This document shows, one piece after another, positions 36,721 to 51,008 of a DNA stretch of 64,000 nucleotides. Origin of the DNA: Camelus dromedarius (Eukaryota); the NCBI RefSeq assembly GCF_036321535.1, contig NC_087437.1, forward strand, positions 82,276,001-82,340,000, given 5' to 3'. A program made the translations under genes and the position numbers. The number at the start of each line of letters is the position of its first letter. Position 1 is the first letter of the stretch. The notes under the pieces were generated by a model. The model did no database searches, had not been told where the DNA came from, and was given only the letters and a program-made list of their open reading frames with translations.

Positions 36721-37339
36721 ATGGCAGCTCTGATTTGGGGGCCTCCCAGTTGTGCTCAGCTCTACATGACCCCTGGGCCTTGTCCCACTTCCTGGCTAAA
36801 GAACAGTGACAACTTGTGTCATCTCCAGGATCTTACAGACTGGCTGCCCTGACCATCCCTTCATCTCAGATTGTCTCAGGCTCCCACAGGGATGAGATAT
36901 GGGCATTGGCATCTCTTCCATGGGCAGGGACCCCATCCAGCTGCCTTAGCACATGATCTGACCTCACTGGAAGAGGTTCTGCCTAGATGAACTGGGCAAC
37001 ATAATCCAGAAATGTGAGGGACTTGATATGGGGTGAGTTTTGACCAGTGAGAGACTATATGTGGGAAGCTAACTTGTGTTCCTCCCCCACACTCTACAAA
37101 GGGCTCTTCTTTGCAGACTCTGGAGATGTTCCTTCTTTGTGATTGAGCAGCCAGCAGTGTTTTCTTATGAAGCTGTGACCAGATCAGTAATGCCCCATTT
37201 TAGGCCTGTTCCTGCTTTTATCCTGACTCACTTCCTTTTCTTGTCACTCTTGCTTTCCTGAGGTCTCAATGCACTAAAGCTTTTCCTTACAGTCTGATTT
37301 CCAGGGAACGTGGACTTTGATATCCACTAAGCTCAACTT

Positions 37340-37572
37340 CTCCAAAATTCAGATAGGGGTCACAACCTATGAGTAAGCTAGAAAATCATTGCTATCAGCA
37401 TTTGAAAACAAAACAGAGAAACAAATCATCAGAGTGCACTGTATGTAATGAGAGTAAGTACCCATTTCCTGAATCTGTTGTGTGTTGAGGATGTGAGTAC
37501 GTGTATATTGAATTGTGATGTTAAATTTGTGTTTTACTATGTGTCATGGTCAAAAAAGTTTGAAAGCCACTG
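37340..37572. mobile_element. hAT-Charlie non-autonomous relic (Charlie4-like)
   Basis: Ends in gtcatggtcaaaaaagtttgaaagccactg followed by gtctag, a typical Charlie TIR and target context. Confidence 0.7.
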
Positions 37573-39025
37573 GTCTAGGCAGTGGCTGCATGGAGTAATG
37601 AGTTGTGTTATAACTGTGACTGCTGGTTGCAAATTCACAACTGTCCTATCTGTGGAAGTTTCTGGTGACCTAACTCCTTAGTTTAACAAAAGAACTGTCT
37701 AAAGAACCCTCATATGATTTCCTTATATAGGGTCAATTTACATTTGTAAGTGCCATGTTAGAGAAAGAATATTTTGAAATACTACTTCTTTCCTTGGAAG
37801 CTAGATGGCATGCCTTGTTTAGAAAAATACAGAGAATTAGCTAGTGGACGAAATTTTACTTAATCATGCTAGACACCTTTGTAAGACTATGGTTATACAG
37901 GCAGATCCCTTTTTCTAGTAACAGTCAGTGGTAATCCAGGTAACCAGCATAATGTGCATTGTATTTTTCCTTAGTGATGTTTTTATCTTTGAAAAATATG
38001 CCCACTCTTCCAAGTGCAGTGACCTATTTGATCTCCTTGGAACATCCTGATTTGGAGAATGCTGGTGTGGGGAATGCAAGTCTCAAAGCTACACATGCAC
38101 TTACTGACTTTAAAAACAAACACCCAAAGCAGGTTTTAGTTTGCAGTGTGTACTGACTTAAACTGAAGATACTAACTGAGAACAGCTGCTGAGTTGCACT
38201 TGGTTAAATATTCTGAGATAAAATACTCTGGCAAGACACATAAAAGAGAAAACCAAGTAAGAAAGTTTATGAAGACAGAACAGTCTTGAAGGCATGATCC
38301 AAAAATCAAAGAAATGTCCAGTGGTGTCTTAATTCCTCTTGTGATTCTACAGCATCTACAGAAAGGCAATTTGAATGGATTCATACACTTAAAAATGTAA
38401 GGATATGGCTTGTTGCCAAGACCCTATTGAACTGCTTTTAATTTTTTAATAACTCCTGGATAGCCAACTGATAGACCTCACTTTCTCATTTGGTAGTCAT
38501 AACACAATCATTTATACAATTACTGCCAAACCTTCTGAGGATTTCATGTATTTGGAAGTCTCTGAAGAGAAATTTTGAAGTTCATTCTATCCACACCCAG
38601 ATGGTCAGATCGTTAAAGCCTGGCAAAGACAGGGAGGTTGTTTATTCCTTCCCCATGTAATTATCATACAGTAACTAGTCAGCCCCACTCCGTCCAGATA
38701 ACTAATTTGCAGTATTTTTACTTATTTGTGAATATTAGTGATATGCTAAGTGAATTTAAAGAATAACGTTTAAAGGGGAGAATGAACACTGTTTTCATTC
38801 CTGTAGAGCTATTTCAGAAGATATGCATTGACTGGAGGAGATGTGATTCAGTATGCATTATTCTTGCTCTGGAGTCAATAATAACAAAGGCCAGGTATCA
38901 TGTGAGGGGAATGAATTTTGCAGAAGCAGCCTGACCTAGGACGGCAGGTCTGTTGGTCATCTTCACATCTGTGTAGAAATCCCGTCATGGTCTGCTTTTC
39001 ATCCAGTATGCTTGTTAATCACTTT

Positions 39026-39466
39026 TGTGGCAGATCACATTACCTTCCTTGAGTCCTCTTAATTTGCCATGTGACGGTTCCGTTTCTCCCATTAAAGGCC
39101 TACAGTTTATCTTCCCATCCCTCGACTTTGGGATTGGACGTGAGACTTGTTTTGGCCGATAGCATCAGGTGCAAATGCACTGTGCCAATTCTGAGCTTAG
39201 ACCTTGGAAGAAACTTCATGTGTGTCCACTTGCTCTCTTGTGCTTCTGCTATATTCACGAGAAGAACATTCCCAGACTACTGCTAGTCTCAGGAGAGGGT
39301 TGAGAGACTTGTGAAACAGAACCATACAGCCAAGTTCCTTCTGGATTAGCTAACGTTCAATCAACCTGCATTGCATGAGCTAAATAAGTGCGTATTACTC
39401 AATGCCACCGATGTTTTGTAGATGTTTGTTAGGCAGCTTTATTGTAGTAATAGTTGACAAAGAGAC
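39026..39466 (+). mobile_element. MaLR solo LTR (MLT1H-like)
   Basis: Starts tgtggcaga; tttgccatgtgac; gtgagacttgttttggccgatag; gtgccaattctgagcttagacctt; cttgctctcttgtgcttctgc..gagaagaacat; tgtttgttaggcagctttattgtagtaatagttgac. Confidence 0.82.
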
Positions 39467-40721
39467 CTTCCAAATCCACTTGTGGTTTTTTAGTAAAATT
39501 CTTGGCCCTGTCAGATTTTAGAAGCTTATCTTTATCTTTAGAACCTTATCTTTGTCTTGTGGGTTAAATAATGAATAAAATGGAAGCTCTGGCTTTGTTC
39601 TTGAGCTCTAAATCCATGTACACTCTTTCTGGGGTTTATAGGAACTTCAAATAGAGGCCAACTCTGGCAGAGTATCACTTGACCTCTACATACTAATTCC
39701 AAAATATGCATGTTCAGCTGCTTTGGCCAAGACTTTTAGTTGGTCGGTTTCCGTGGATCACACCTCCGCTAGTTCTTTTCCTCTATCACCATGCTTGTTT
39801 GAGGTTACAGGAGGCTTCACTCTGGAACCCAGTTGAGTTATAAGAGCATTCAAAGACACCATTACCCCCAAGTAATTTTGACATGTATAGAGGTTACCAT
39901 TAGAGACATGGAAAATGTTAAAAGGATGAATACAATTCTTGGAGGAGAAATTTCTTTTCCTAGACATTCTTTCTGGAATTATCTATGAGTTTCTTGAGTA
40001 AAAATCTAGGATCAAAATCACTGTGCTGCATAGTCCCTACCTTGTAACAAGTTCATGACTTCTCACCAAAGGAACTCACATGTGAACATATCTTATCTTC
40101 TCCAGCCACAGATAAGTTACTTCAGTAAAAATGCTTGGAAAGATCCTTCTCCATCTACTGAGATCTCTGTAGCTGACAGGCTGCTCCTGACATTTTCTAG
40201 AACATGTTTCACTTCTGTTCTCCCATCAGGCATAGATGAATGAGTTTAGTGGTGGAATAGGATATATCCTGGAGTCATAATGGCACTTCCTGAATATTTG
40301 TGGTATGTATTCATCTCAATTTGATTTGGTACATCAGAGCCCCAAACAAGCTCTCATCATCAAGGCAATGTAAATATAGGTAACTAGGATAATTATGAAT
40401 GCTTGGAAATTCTAAAGAAACTTATTCCATAGACTTAGGTTGGAAAAGGCACTATCATTACTGTTCAGATGACTGCCTTGAGACTGACATGCTAATAAAA
40501 ATTCATACCTGTGCTTGAAGCACTATTTTGAACATAGTTTCTGTAAGGTCTTTGAGTTTAGACAAGCTTCTAGGTATTCTCAGGAGAAGATGTTATTCTA
40601 GAGATGGCTTAAAGACAGCTAACCCAGTGCCCTGTACTCCTATCCCATGGAGACCAATCTAATCCCGCCCCTCACTCTAGGGTCAGAGACCAACTCAGTT
40701 ACATCTCTGGAGGTTTTAGTG

Positions 40722-40895
40722 CAGTGGTTCTCAAACTAAAAACTACTTCAGATTCACATCATAGAGTGCTTGATTAAAAAGTTCTAATGTCCCACTCTAA
40801 GAGATATATTGGATCAGAACTTTTAGGTAGAGGCTCTAGAATATGCATTTTGACAAGCTACCAGAATGATCTTGATGCACAGAAAATACTCCAAG
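40722..40895. mobile_element. MER5-type hAT-Charlie relic
   Basis: TIR cagtggttctcaaact; atcagaact..ggtagaggc..agaatatgcattttgacaagct.ccag..tgat. Confidence 0.75.
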
Positions 40896-42874
40896 ACACA
40901 GGACTTATTTATCTGGGATTCTTTGAAGTCTTAAGCCTCCTTTGACCATATCTGTCAAGCTTATGGGGCCTTTGAATTGTTTTCTGGATTGCCACATCAA
41001 TTAGTCAGCAAACATTTCTGAGAATCTACTATGTTCTAGACATGTTCTAGGAGCCAGTGATTCAATAGTGAACAGCTGAGAAAAAGTCCTCCTCTCAAGG
41101 AACTTAGTTGAACATGCACTGTCCCAGCAAAATGCCTCGATCCACCAGTAGCAGTAACTCTGTCTAAATCCAGACCCAGAGATTCTCTGGAGTTCCTGAA
41201 ATTGGTAAACTGTATCTCCTCCCTCAACCCAGAGATGGCCAAATAAGGCCCATTCTTTTAGCTGGACTCGTATCACTGAGTCCTTGAAACTATTAAGTAT
41301 AAACTCACTTATCACTCTTGAGCTGATGGACTCAGATTCTTATTTTCTGAATACCTCTAAACATGTTCACTTAACTGGATCCTCTATTATACTTAAGGTC
41401 AAGTGTCAGTCTGCCCACTTAGCACTGTCTGACATAGTCTCAGATGAACACATTGCATCTGAGAAAGCTGTTTTTAGCCTAGGAAGTCTATGCCAGCTAT
41501 GCTCTTGTTTACTTCCCCCTAAAAATATATACAAGGACATGCAAGACCCAAACATGAGAATCTGAAAAGAATCTTCAAGTGTTTTATTAGTTGGGTAGTA
41601 AGAAATATATGCTTGGAATTCCATTAAGATAGATCCTGAATTTCTCTGTGAGTAGGACAGATAAGTTGGAGAATCTAGTGACTACTCTGCAACAACTCAT
41701 TACTCTGTGTTATATCTGGAGAAACCAGTGTTCCCAAATGAAAGCACCTTTTGGAGTACCTTCTGGTACCTGTAAAATCTTAACTGGCTTCCTAAACTTC
41801 CCCAGGGCACATGGACTCTGCAAAATGTAACATTTCTTGTTTCTGAACCACATTCCAACTCAGTCCTCTGGTTGCCCAGAGAGGACTTTGGAACTTGAGA
41901 TGGTAATTTCAGAGAGTCTAAAATATCCCAGAGAACGTGGGAGTATGTCCTGACATACACTCAGATAACTCTAGAATTGCCAGCTCAAGCTTCTAAGTCC
42001 TGTCCAAACAGTGATGGAACAGTCAGCTTGTCGTCTTGGAAGTTTATGGAAGCATCAACAGAAAGAACTTTATGAGGGCTTAGAAGCAGTGAGGTATTCC
42101 AGGAGCCTAGCCCAGCACACTCAGTTCAGACCAGCATGGACTTTGAAATGCTGATGTAGAGGTTGTTATTTCTTTCCCACCCCTTCTATGATTCCAAGTA
42201 TATCCAAACATCTTAAATTTGTTAGCTTAACAAATGTCAGTGAAGAGTCCTTGATTTATAAATGCTAGTTGTTTCCTGTGAATCTCTACTGACTCCATTT
42301 ATCTAACATTGGACAATGAGAGCTCTGAATATATTGCAGCAGATAAACTTACAGTTCAGCTAGATTCTGATATTAAAAACCACAATAAGAATGGGAGATC
42401 AGAGATCCTCCTAGTTACCAACTACAGCCCTGCAGTAAAACCACAACTGGGAACCAGGCTGGGAAGCCCCAGGGAAAGGAGCTGTCCCTAGTTTTGGTGC
42501 TGACTGCCCATAGCTTATTGGCTTTACAGGGAACAGAAAGAAGTATGTATTAATAGGCTAGTGGTTTTGGTGAGTCCCATCTAGAGACAGTTGAGGAGAG
42601 AAGAGATCAGGAGGGGAGAGGAGTGATGGGGAAGGGAGAAGAAAGGAGTGGAGAGGAACAACATAAAGAGAAATCTGAACAGGGTAAATATGTCCAGTTT
42701 GACTGGCTGTTTTGTTTTTAGTAGCCATAACAGCACATACTGCTTGTCTGGGTCCTAATGTTGACTTCTGCCTGGCATCATTGTTGCTTTATCCTCTTCT
42801 TTTCCACCCATTGACTAATTCCAGTCACAGATTTAACTCACATTTTAACAGACCTTTCAAAACAAAGAACTTTA

Positions 42875-43325
42875 TGAGGTAGTTTTGTGTAGTGGGTAGG
42901 AGAATAGACTACAGAGTTAGAATGCTTAGGTTTAGGTTTTTGTCTCTGGCTTTGATTTGCTGTGTGTCTTTGAGCAAGTTACTCAAATTCAAAGTTACTC
43001 TCTGCTTCAATTTGTCTGTAAAAAAAAAAAAAGACCAAAAATAATAGAGCTTACCTCATAGGACTGTTTTGAGGATTATTTGAGATCCACTTCCTTGTTT
43101 ACAAAGTAGACCATCAAAGGCATAATGCATGTCATTATATACTAATTGAATTATGTATATCATCTCTTTTGATCCTCACAACTCTGAGATATGGCCATTT
43201 TTATTGCCATTTTATAGTTGAGGTCAGAGAAATTGAATAACATTTTAAAGATTAAACATCCGTCCTCTTGTGTAACTAGGACTTGAACATAAGCCTAACT
43301 CCAAAGACTGAGCTTTTGACTTTAT
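42875..43325. mobile_element. Two MIR fragments in opposite orientation
   Basis: Plus-strand copy: tttgctgtgtgtctttgagcaagttact..tctgtaaaa..ataatagagcttacctcataggactgttttgaggatta. Minus-strand copy: gatcctcacaactctgagat..ccattttatagttgagg..ctaggacttgaacataag. Confidence 0.75.
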
Positions 43326-43980
43326 GTTTTTGACTTTGGATTGGCTAATTGTCCCAATTCAGGCCCATTTTTGCATCTCAGTTGGACCCCTGAGCCTTTA
43401 TGTCACCTAGTCTTGGTTTGCTTAGATTCCTGATTAGCCCCATGTTGTGTGACTGACTTGGTTACAGTAGCTTAGATAAGAGGGCACTGGCCACAGCAGG
43501 AGTAAAAACTGTGGAACAGTAATCCTTTTGTCTGTCTTTCCTGCTGAGTTCGGCTCATTCAAAAGAATAGTCACCTAGATGTAGTCTTAGTTGTGTGGGA
43601 CAAGAGGGCTTCTACCTTCATCCAAAGAAGTCCAGATGGGTACATGAACGTGCAATCTTGTGTGTGTAGTGATGTTCTTCCAGAAACCCAATGTGAGTGT
43701 GGATTAGCAAAAAAGGGAAAAGAAATTTAACAGAGGAAATGATGGAGATGTTTTCTTTCAGAAGTCAGAAAAGAGTTTTAATTTAGTAGAATATATTAAA
43801 CCTCTCTGAAAACATTCTATTAAGACCCAAATTAATATAATCCAAGATATTTTAGATGTAAATTTCATTTCTAATTCAGAATAAGAACAAAAGTAATTTT
43901 GAGGCTACTTCCTTACAATGAAATCTAAAGGATAGGCAAAAACTTGTCCTAAATCCATTTGAGCTTGGAAAAAAGCTGTA

Positions 43981-43982
<2 letters not shown>

Positions 43983-44054
<72 letters not shown>
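43983..44054. repeat. (GT)36 perfect microsatellite
   Basis: Uninterrupted GT run of 72 bp. Confidence 0.98.
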
Positions 44055-44058
<4 letters not shown>

Positions 44059-44398
44059 GAATGTTTGCCTCCTGCCCCTCCAAATTCATGTGTTGAAACT
44101 CTACCCTCAGATGTGGTGATATCAGGAGGGAGAGTGGTTGGGAGTTAATTACAATTAGTGATTAGGTCTTAAGGGTGGAGCCCCCATAAACGAGGTTGTA
44201 AAAGACCCCAGAGAACTCCTGCACCTCTTCCACCATGTGAGGACCGAGCTTGAAGTCACCAGTTTTCACTAGATGATGACCATGCTGGCATCCTGATCTG
44301 AGAATTCCCAACCTTCAGAACTGTGAGAAATAAACATTTGTTGTTTAAGCCACCCAGCTTATGGTATTTTTGGTATAGCAGTGCAAAAGAACTATGAC
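44052..44398 (+). mobile_element. MaLR solo LTR (MLT1A-like)
   Basis: actgaatgtttg..cccctccaaattcatgtgttgaaactcta; gattaggtc..agggtggagccc; ccttcagaactgtgagaaataaacatttgttgtttaagccacccag..tatggtatttt..tatagcag. Confidence 0.9.
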
Positions 44399-44408
44399 TG
44401 TGTTTCTT

Positions 44409-44442
<34 letters not shown>

Positions 44443-44448
44443 TGTGTG
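44409..44448. repeat. (TG)n microsatellite with one interruption
   Basis: TG run with a single TA interruption. Confidence 0.95.
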
Positions 44449-45389
44449 GTTTTTGAATCCTCTCTGTCACAAATCAATGTGAGAAGCCAGTTTGAAAATG
44501 ACAATGTTGTTGTTCCTTAACTCAAAGAAAGTCCAAAGTTGCTAAGCTATTTATGTTGGTTTTTTTGGACCTCATAATGGAGCTTAAGTGCTTTAAAAGT
44601 GTTGAAGGAAAAAGGAAACCTTCAAACTCCTGAAAGATTTGAATTGCTTTGCTATCTAAAACTGTACTTAAGAGAGAGATTTATAAAACAGTAAGAGGAA
44701 TTAATCAAAACCTTCCATAGAAAAAGAAGCAGACAGCTAAAAATAAAACTACAATAGAGAATAAATAATAGAACTCCTCAGATTAAATGAGTAAGCCTTT
44801 CTGATTCCTACCCACTGAAACACTGAGAGAACGTATAATTCTGTCATTATTACTATTATTATTATTAGGTAATTGCTTCAACTTAAGTTACTCATCTTCT
44901 GTCCTGTACAGGATGCATTACAGTATTATTAAATAGCATAATATTAATGAGTTGATGATTGCTGTCCAAAATGTGGTTCTACATTATTTCATTGAATTGT
45001 TCAAATGAAAGAACTAATGCTTTTAGGTGACAAATGTTTTCCTCCTGAATCACAAAAGTAAATTTATTACTTTTTAATATTTGCATTTCCATGAAGAGCA
45101 GCATGAATCTATTCCATCTTAATGTTCTCCAAATTTTTGAGGTAGGGGAACATTGTCTAAAACAAGTCCTGTCACCTCTTTCTGCACCTCTAGCTCATTT
45201 GGAGCCACCCCTTCCTCTTTCACTGCCCACACCTGACTCCTCAGGTGTCCCTCATATTTTGGCAACTTGGTGACTGTATTTGATATCCTCTGTTGCTCTT
45301 CCACCTGATGCTTGTGCTGCATAGAGTGTCTTGCTGGGAATCAGTCTCCTACAGCTATTTCCTCACTTTTTTCTTTAAATTTCAGACAT

Positions 45390-47310
45390 TGCTTCCTTCT
45401 TCGTGTTCTCAGCTGATGACCTTCTTATTTCACTGGGAGAGAAAGAAGCAATCAGAGCAGGACTTCCTCTCTTTTTTACCACCAAGTCATATCTGCCCTA
45501 GTGTACTCTGCCTTTCCTCCCTTCCAGATCAACTGTGCCTGCTCTGTTCTAAACATAGTCCTCCACTTGTGCTTTGGACCCTATTTTCTTTTTGTCTAAC
45601 CCAGAGTTTTCTCTTGAAATATTCCATTTCTCTGTTACATGAATTCTTCCATTTCTGTTGGATCTTCCTATCAGTATACAAGCTTGTTGTCAAGACTCTG
45701 ACCTGGAAAAAAAAACCAAAATCCTCCTTTGACTCTCACCTTCTAACTCTAATTCCCTCCCCATTTCTGTACTTCTTTTGTAGCAAATTTCCTAGAAAAT
45801 TTGTCTAGTTTTCCTTTTTTCTCCTTTCTTTGGAATTCACTCCAGTGAGGGTTTTGTCCCTATCATGCCAGTGAAACTGAACTTCTTAGTGTCACCAGTG
45901 ACCTCAGTGTGGTTAGATCACATAGGTAATTCTCAGTCTTCACCTTGACCTTTCAGGATAGACTGAAACAGTTCAACTCTCTTTCCTTTTGAAACACACT
46001 TTTATATTGCTTGGCTCCTCAGATACTTCAGTTTCTGGTTTTTCTCTTCCAGGCATCTTTGCCTGCATTGCTTTGTGTTAGGCAAGAAGCCTTTGCTGAT
46101 TCTTCTACTATTCACCTGGAAACTGTGGGGTTCCCTAGGGGTCCCTAGACTCCAACAATTTTGCCATCTACATTTATCCTTTGGGTGACTTTATGGTATT
46201 TAATAGTTTTAAACACTATCCATTTATATCTCCAACCCTGATCTCTTCCCTGAGCTCCAGACACTTCTGTTCAACTGCTTACCCAACATTTCCATTTGAA
46301 AGGCCAGTAAACAGCTCAAATGTAATATGATCAAGACAGAATTTTTTATTTTCCCCACTGAATCTGTTTTTCCCTGGGAGGTTACCACTGTTTACCCAGA
46401 GGACTTCAGACAAAAACCTAGGAGTCATTCTTGAATTCTGTCTTACTAAGTATACATATCCAATTTGAAACCTTTTCTTGTCACTTCTACTTTCAAAACA
46501 TCACCCATACCCATCCATTTCTCACTGTTTTTACTGCTATTATTCTAGTCCAAGCTACTGTCAACTTTCCTCTTGGTCTCACCTCTCAGATACCCGCTCA
46601 ATCAGAAAATATGTCTAAGACCCCAACATGTGCCAGGCACTGTTCTTGGTAGTGATTTTGCAGCAATGAACAAGCCAAATAAAAATCCATGCTCTCAAGG
46701 CACTTAAATTCTACCTTAGGGAGATGCCTCTTTATTGCTGGGCTTGCTGATCTTCTCTTTCTCTCTCCCCTTTCTTTAGTTTGTTCTCCACATAACAGCC
46801 AGAATAACCTGTTAAAAAATCTTAAGATCAGCCCTCTAGTGGCCCCTCTGATTGCACCTTCACTGTTCCCCTTCACTTAGTTGGTGCATGCTCCCCGCCA
46901 CCCACCCTCCGCCAAAGCACACTAAGCTCATTCTGGCTTCCTGGACTTTGTACTCATTGTTCTCTCCACCCAGAAAGTTTTTTCCCTCAGCTATTTGTGT
47001 GGTTTGCACCCTCACCTCATTCAGACTCTGATTAAATGTCACTGCAGATAGTTGCCTTGATCACTATCTCTTGAATAGCTACCCCTTATCTCTCTCTGTC
47101 CTTGGGCCTTTATTTTCTTTGAAGCATTTACTACTACCAGGCATACTATATATTTATTTCTTTATCTGAATTCTGTTATTCTCTCCCCCTAGAATGTTAG
47201 CTAATTGAGGTGAACTTTTTGTCTTTCTTGTGCCCCATTCCTTTTTCCAGCACTCAGATATTGCTTGCAACATAAGAGACATTGAATAAATACCTGATGT
47301 AGAAATGAAT
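45390..47310 (+). mobile_element. Long L2 (L2a-like) fragment including the 3' end, with an inverted L2 3' piece nested at about 46598-46715
   Basis: tctcagctgatgacctt..tatttcactg; gtcaccagtgacctc; atctcttccctgagctccagac..caactgctt; aaaaacctaggagtcattcttga; ctctccccctagaatgttagct; gaataaatacctg..aatgaat. The nested antisense piece reads atgtgccaggcactgttct..gcaatgaacaag. Confidence 0.88.
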
Positions 47311-49659
47311 TAAAAAACTGTGTTAAAATGGGAGAAAAGCCCATTAGGAATCAGGGGAATTGGATTAATAATTCCGGTTCTGCCAATGATTAGTTATGAG
47401 ACAGTTGGCAAACCATTTTGACTTCCTTGAATCTCAGTCTCTGTACAATGAGAATTCTGGACTGTGAGTCTTAAGATCCCAATTCTGACACTCTCAGATT
47501 CTGTGTGCGTGGTGTCTTTGCTCTGGAGACCAACTCTCATGCCTCATTTGGCCCAAACAGTAGTGATGGCATTTTTTCTAGAGCTGCTGGGAAGTAGACA
47601 TGAGATTTTTCTTTCCCTTGTATCCTGTCAAGGTTGAGATCCCCGCCAGGAGGGAAGTCACAGTATTTGCATCTGCACGAACATTTCAGTTAAGAACCTC
47701 CCAAAGGTGCCTACTGAAGGGAAGAAGCCAGAGTGGGGAATATCACAAGGGAAGAGATTCAATGGTGCTTTGATCAGAAAGTTCATTACATTTGCTTTCG
47801 ATCACAATGCATACTCGTCAGGCCTGCAATCACTTACTGTTAGGCAAAAATCGTAGTGGGAAAAGATAGCATGTGTACACGACTCCATCTGTGTGAGCCC
47901 CTGCCAGAAGCATTTATGAATCACTCGTCTCCTGATAGACAACTTGCTTTCCTAGTTTGCAATCATATTTCCCACAGATGTTGCCTTTGAATTAACCGTT
48001 ATCTCATTCCAAATGTTTTCTCCTATCGGAGATCGTTACCTGGGCAAATCCCACCTACCATCAAAGCTGAAAGTACTTGCTCAGCATTAAAGGAAGAGGA
48101 CATTTAGGGCAAGCCAGGGAGCTGGAATCCAGACTTGTGGATGGGCACTTCACAAGTGTGGAGTTCGGTATTTCTCAAGTTCTGGCGTCAGGGCTGTTTA
48201 CTTTCAGGTTATGCAAAGCCCAGCTTGGGTTCTGGAAAAAATGAGCTGACAACTTTGCCTGAAAGGAGTTTCTTGCTAGTTCCTGGGGACATCTTGCTTT
48301 TATTAGGCCATATCTATTGTTGTGTTGTCTGTGCTGAGCAATGAGGGTGTCACTCACTCTTTGGAACCCATAGCTGTTGTGTCCTTTATTGTCTGGCAGT
48401 TGATACTGTTTTACATCAAACCTGCTTATAAGCATCTTGTCTAGATCTCAGATACTACTGAGAAATTTTGAAAGGTAAATAGATTTTCTTTTGGGCATAT
48501 TTAGAGGTTAGCACCCTATGTTTGTGGAAATTTATTATCTACACTTTAGAGTCACTTCGCTATCCAACCCGTATCGATCATTCATTAACTTCAGTTAGAT
48601 TTTCCTCCTCTTTTTCTTTAGAGATAAAATATTATGAAAAACTCTATAAAGAAAATTTTATTCCTTTTAAAATACCATGTCTGAATGTGCCAATGGTGTG
48701 TCCAATTTCAGATACTTGAACTTGAAGTTCAAGGCAAATTTTAATTTCCTTTATAAAGGAGCTGATGAAAATCCATTGTGAGAAAGTTATGAGAAAAATC
48801 TTATCTTATAATTGCAGCCAAGATTCAAGCTATTATTTAAGACGTGAAGCATTTGGCAACAAAAAGATTGTTGTCATTAAAAAGGAAGCCCAACACATTA
48901 CTCTTAGGTCGAGAAAAAATAATTTAGCTGTCATTGTTACTTAGAGCCACACAGGAAGATGGCAGAAATTAAAATCAGCAGCTTTACCTTGGATAGTGTA
49001 ACATATTTTTCCTCTAAGAAGCAGAGATAAACATTTGGTGACTGGTTTAAACATATCAGAGATTCACTTATTGGTTAGTACCTGACATTTTAGCTAATTT
49101 GTATTATCCTAATGCATATAGCTAAGAGAAAGCCAGTAGAATTTTACTACAGTGGTAGTAAAAGAGAGAAGGAGGTCTTCTTTTCCCCCTGTATTATTAG
49201 CAGCCTGAGGTCTACAACTTAATGTAATTTTTGCCAGATTATTAGATACTCTTATAAAATATTCATTTTGGGGAAGAAGAGTTAGGATGAGGCCACTGAG
49301 GTCATCCTGGATGGGCATACCTTAGCCAGGATGATGAGGGAAATGGGCACTGGAGATTTGCATGGGTATTTGGAAAGCTCTGTTATTTTTGGAGGCTACA
49401 GGTAAGTCCAGTGTACCTATCACCAACTCCTTCCAAATAGTTCCTCCTGATGGCTATCCTGAAAATGGTTCTAGCTGTTTCTCCTCGAAATATAGTGTTA
49501 TTTCTCTCTTCTTGATAAAGGAGAAAAATTGATAGACATACTGTAGAGATGTTTCCAAATGGGTTTCTTATTCTAACATACTATCTTGTGAATATACCTT
49601 CCCCTTGTCTATCATTGCTTGCCCTAAGCTTGCATTGCACTTCTGTGTAACTAGACTTT

Positions 49660-49965
49660 TTCCAGTTTGGGAGGCTGGGGGCAAAGAAAGAGACAGCACA
49701 TTCAACTTAGGCCATCAAGGAGCAATTAATGAAGGGGCTGTTTTTAAGGTTGTGGGTGAGATTAATGAAAACCAACCAGGGATAGTGAAGCATGTCAATC
49801 TCCCTGTCCTCCCATCCTCTGATATCCTCCGGGTACCTCCCATTGACCACACCCAGCTGGAGGCCCAAGTGAACTCCTGGATGCAGGTGAACCTCTGAAG
49901 CACAGAGCAGAGTGGAAAAGATTGGTATATGCATCTGACTAGACAGCTAGAGAATATTTAGCACA
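49660..49965 (-). mobile_element. LTR40/41-like ERVL LTR, internally deleted
   Basis: agacagcacattcaa..aattaatgaaggggctgttttt.aggttgtggg..accagggatagtgaag; cctcccattgacc..acccagctggag; cacagagcagagtggaaaag..agagaatatttagcaca. Confidence 0.65.
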
Positions 49966-50749
49966 TGAATTGCTTCTGGAAAACTTCATTTTCCTCCTTT
50001 CCTAGTACTCTTTGGGGTGCTTTCTTATCCTGTCAGTTGGTGTCCTTATCAATCTAAAACTGATGCTTGTGTGAGTGTCAGAATGAATTAGAAAACTATA
50101 TGAGGAAAAGGGAAAGAATTAAGAGTTTTAGTGTATTTGCTTTTTGTTTACAAGCTTAACAAACTTAAGCAGAATACAGGAAAGGAAATCTACACTGTAT
50201 AGTCTTGTGATCCTAAGTGCAGTATAATCTGGAATAATGAATAGTTGTGAATTCTTTAGGTCAGATGCAGGTAACTGACAGTGCATCATATTAAATTTTT
50301 AATTTTTATTACTCTGATTCTGTTTCATTTAGGGCATTCTTTCCTTTTCTATATTTATATCCCTACCCCAGTCATCTTTCTTTTTTCATTTCCATTTTAT
50401 CTTCTCATGTCCTTTTAAATGAATACCTTATTTTTTTTTCCTGACATTGATTAAAACCACTATTAGCTGAAACACTATCAGTATGTTTCTTTCACCTTCT
50501 TTCCAGAGTGAAGGAGTTATAGACTAGTTTTTTAAGAGTGTGGGAATTCTGGGCTGAGTAAGGGAAATATTTTAAAGATAGACTATATAGTCATATATAT
50601 AATCACTGCTCCTCTGAACTTTCACCCTGAAATAGATTATGGAAACGACCTTCATCTCATGGAAGATGAAGATATCCTCCCGTGGTTTTGAGTGACCACA
50701 TTTCTGCTCCTCGGATTCTCTTCTCCAAGTCCTCGTACCACCTCTTCAA

Positions 50750-51008
50750 CAGACTATCTCTGACATTCCTTCAGATTTCATCTAAGTGCCGTTCTTTCAG
50801 AGAGTGTTCGTCTGACGGCCGAGACCAGGGTAAATTCTCTGTTGTGGAACTTACTACAGTATAATTAATCTCTTACATCTGTCTTTGCCTCTGGCTCATA
50901 GTCTCCAGAAAGGCAGGAACAGTAAGTGTCCTGTTCACCACTATATCCCTCAACATCAAACATGCAGTAGGCACTTGTTAAATACTTGTTGAATGGAAAT
51001 TGAATTTG
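50750..51008 (+). mobile_element. L2 3' end fragment
   Basis: ctccagaaaggcaggaac..gtgtcctgttcaccactatatccctcaac..gtaggcacttgttaaatacttgttgaatg. Confidence 0.8.

Noticed and set aside
45293..45808. 171 aa ORF
   Set aside because: It lies in pyrimidine-rich L2 sequence, has a low-complexity F/L/S composition and shows no recognisable domain.
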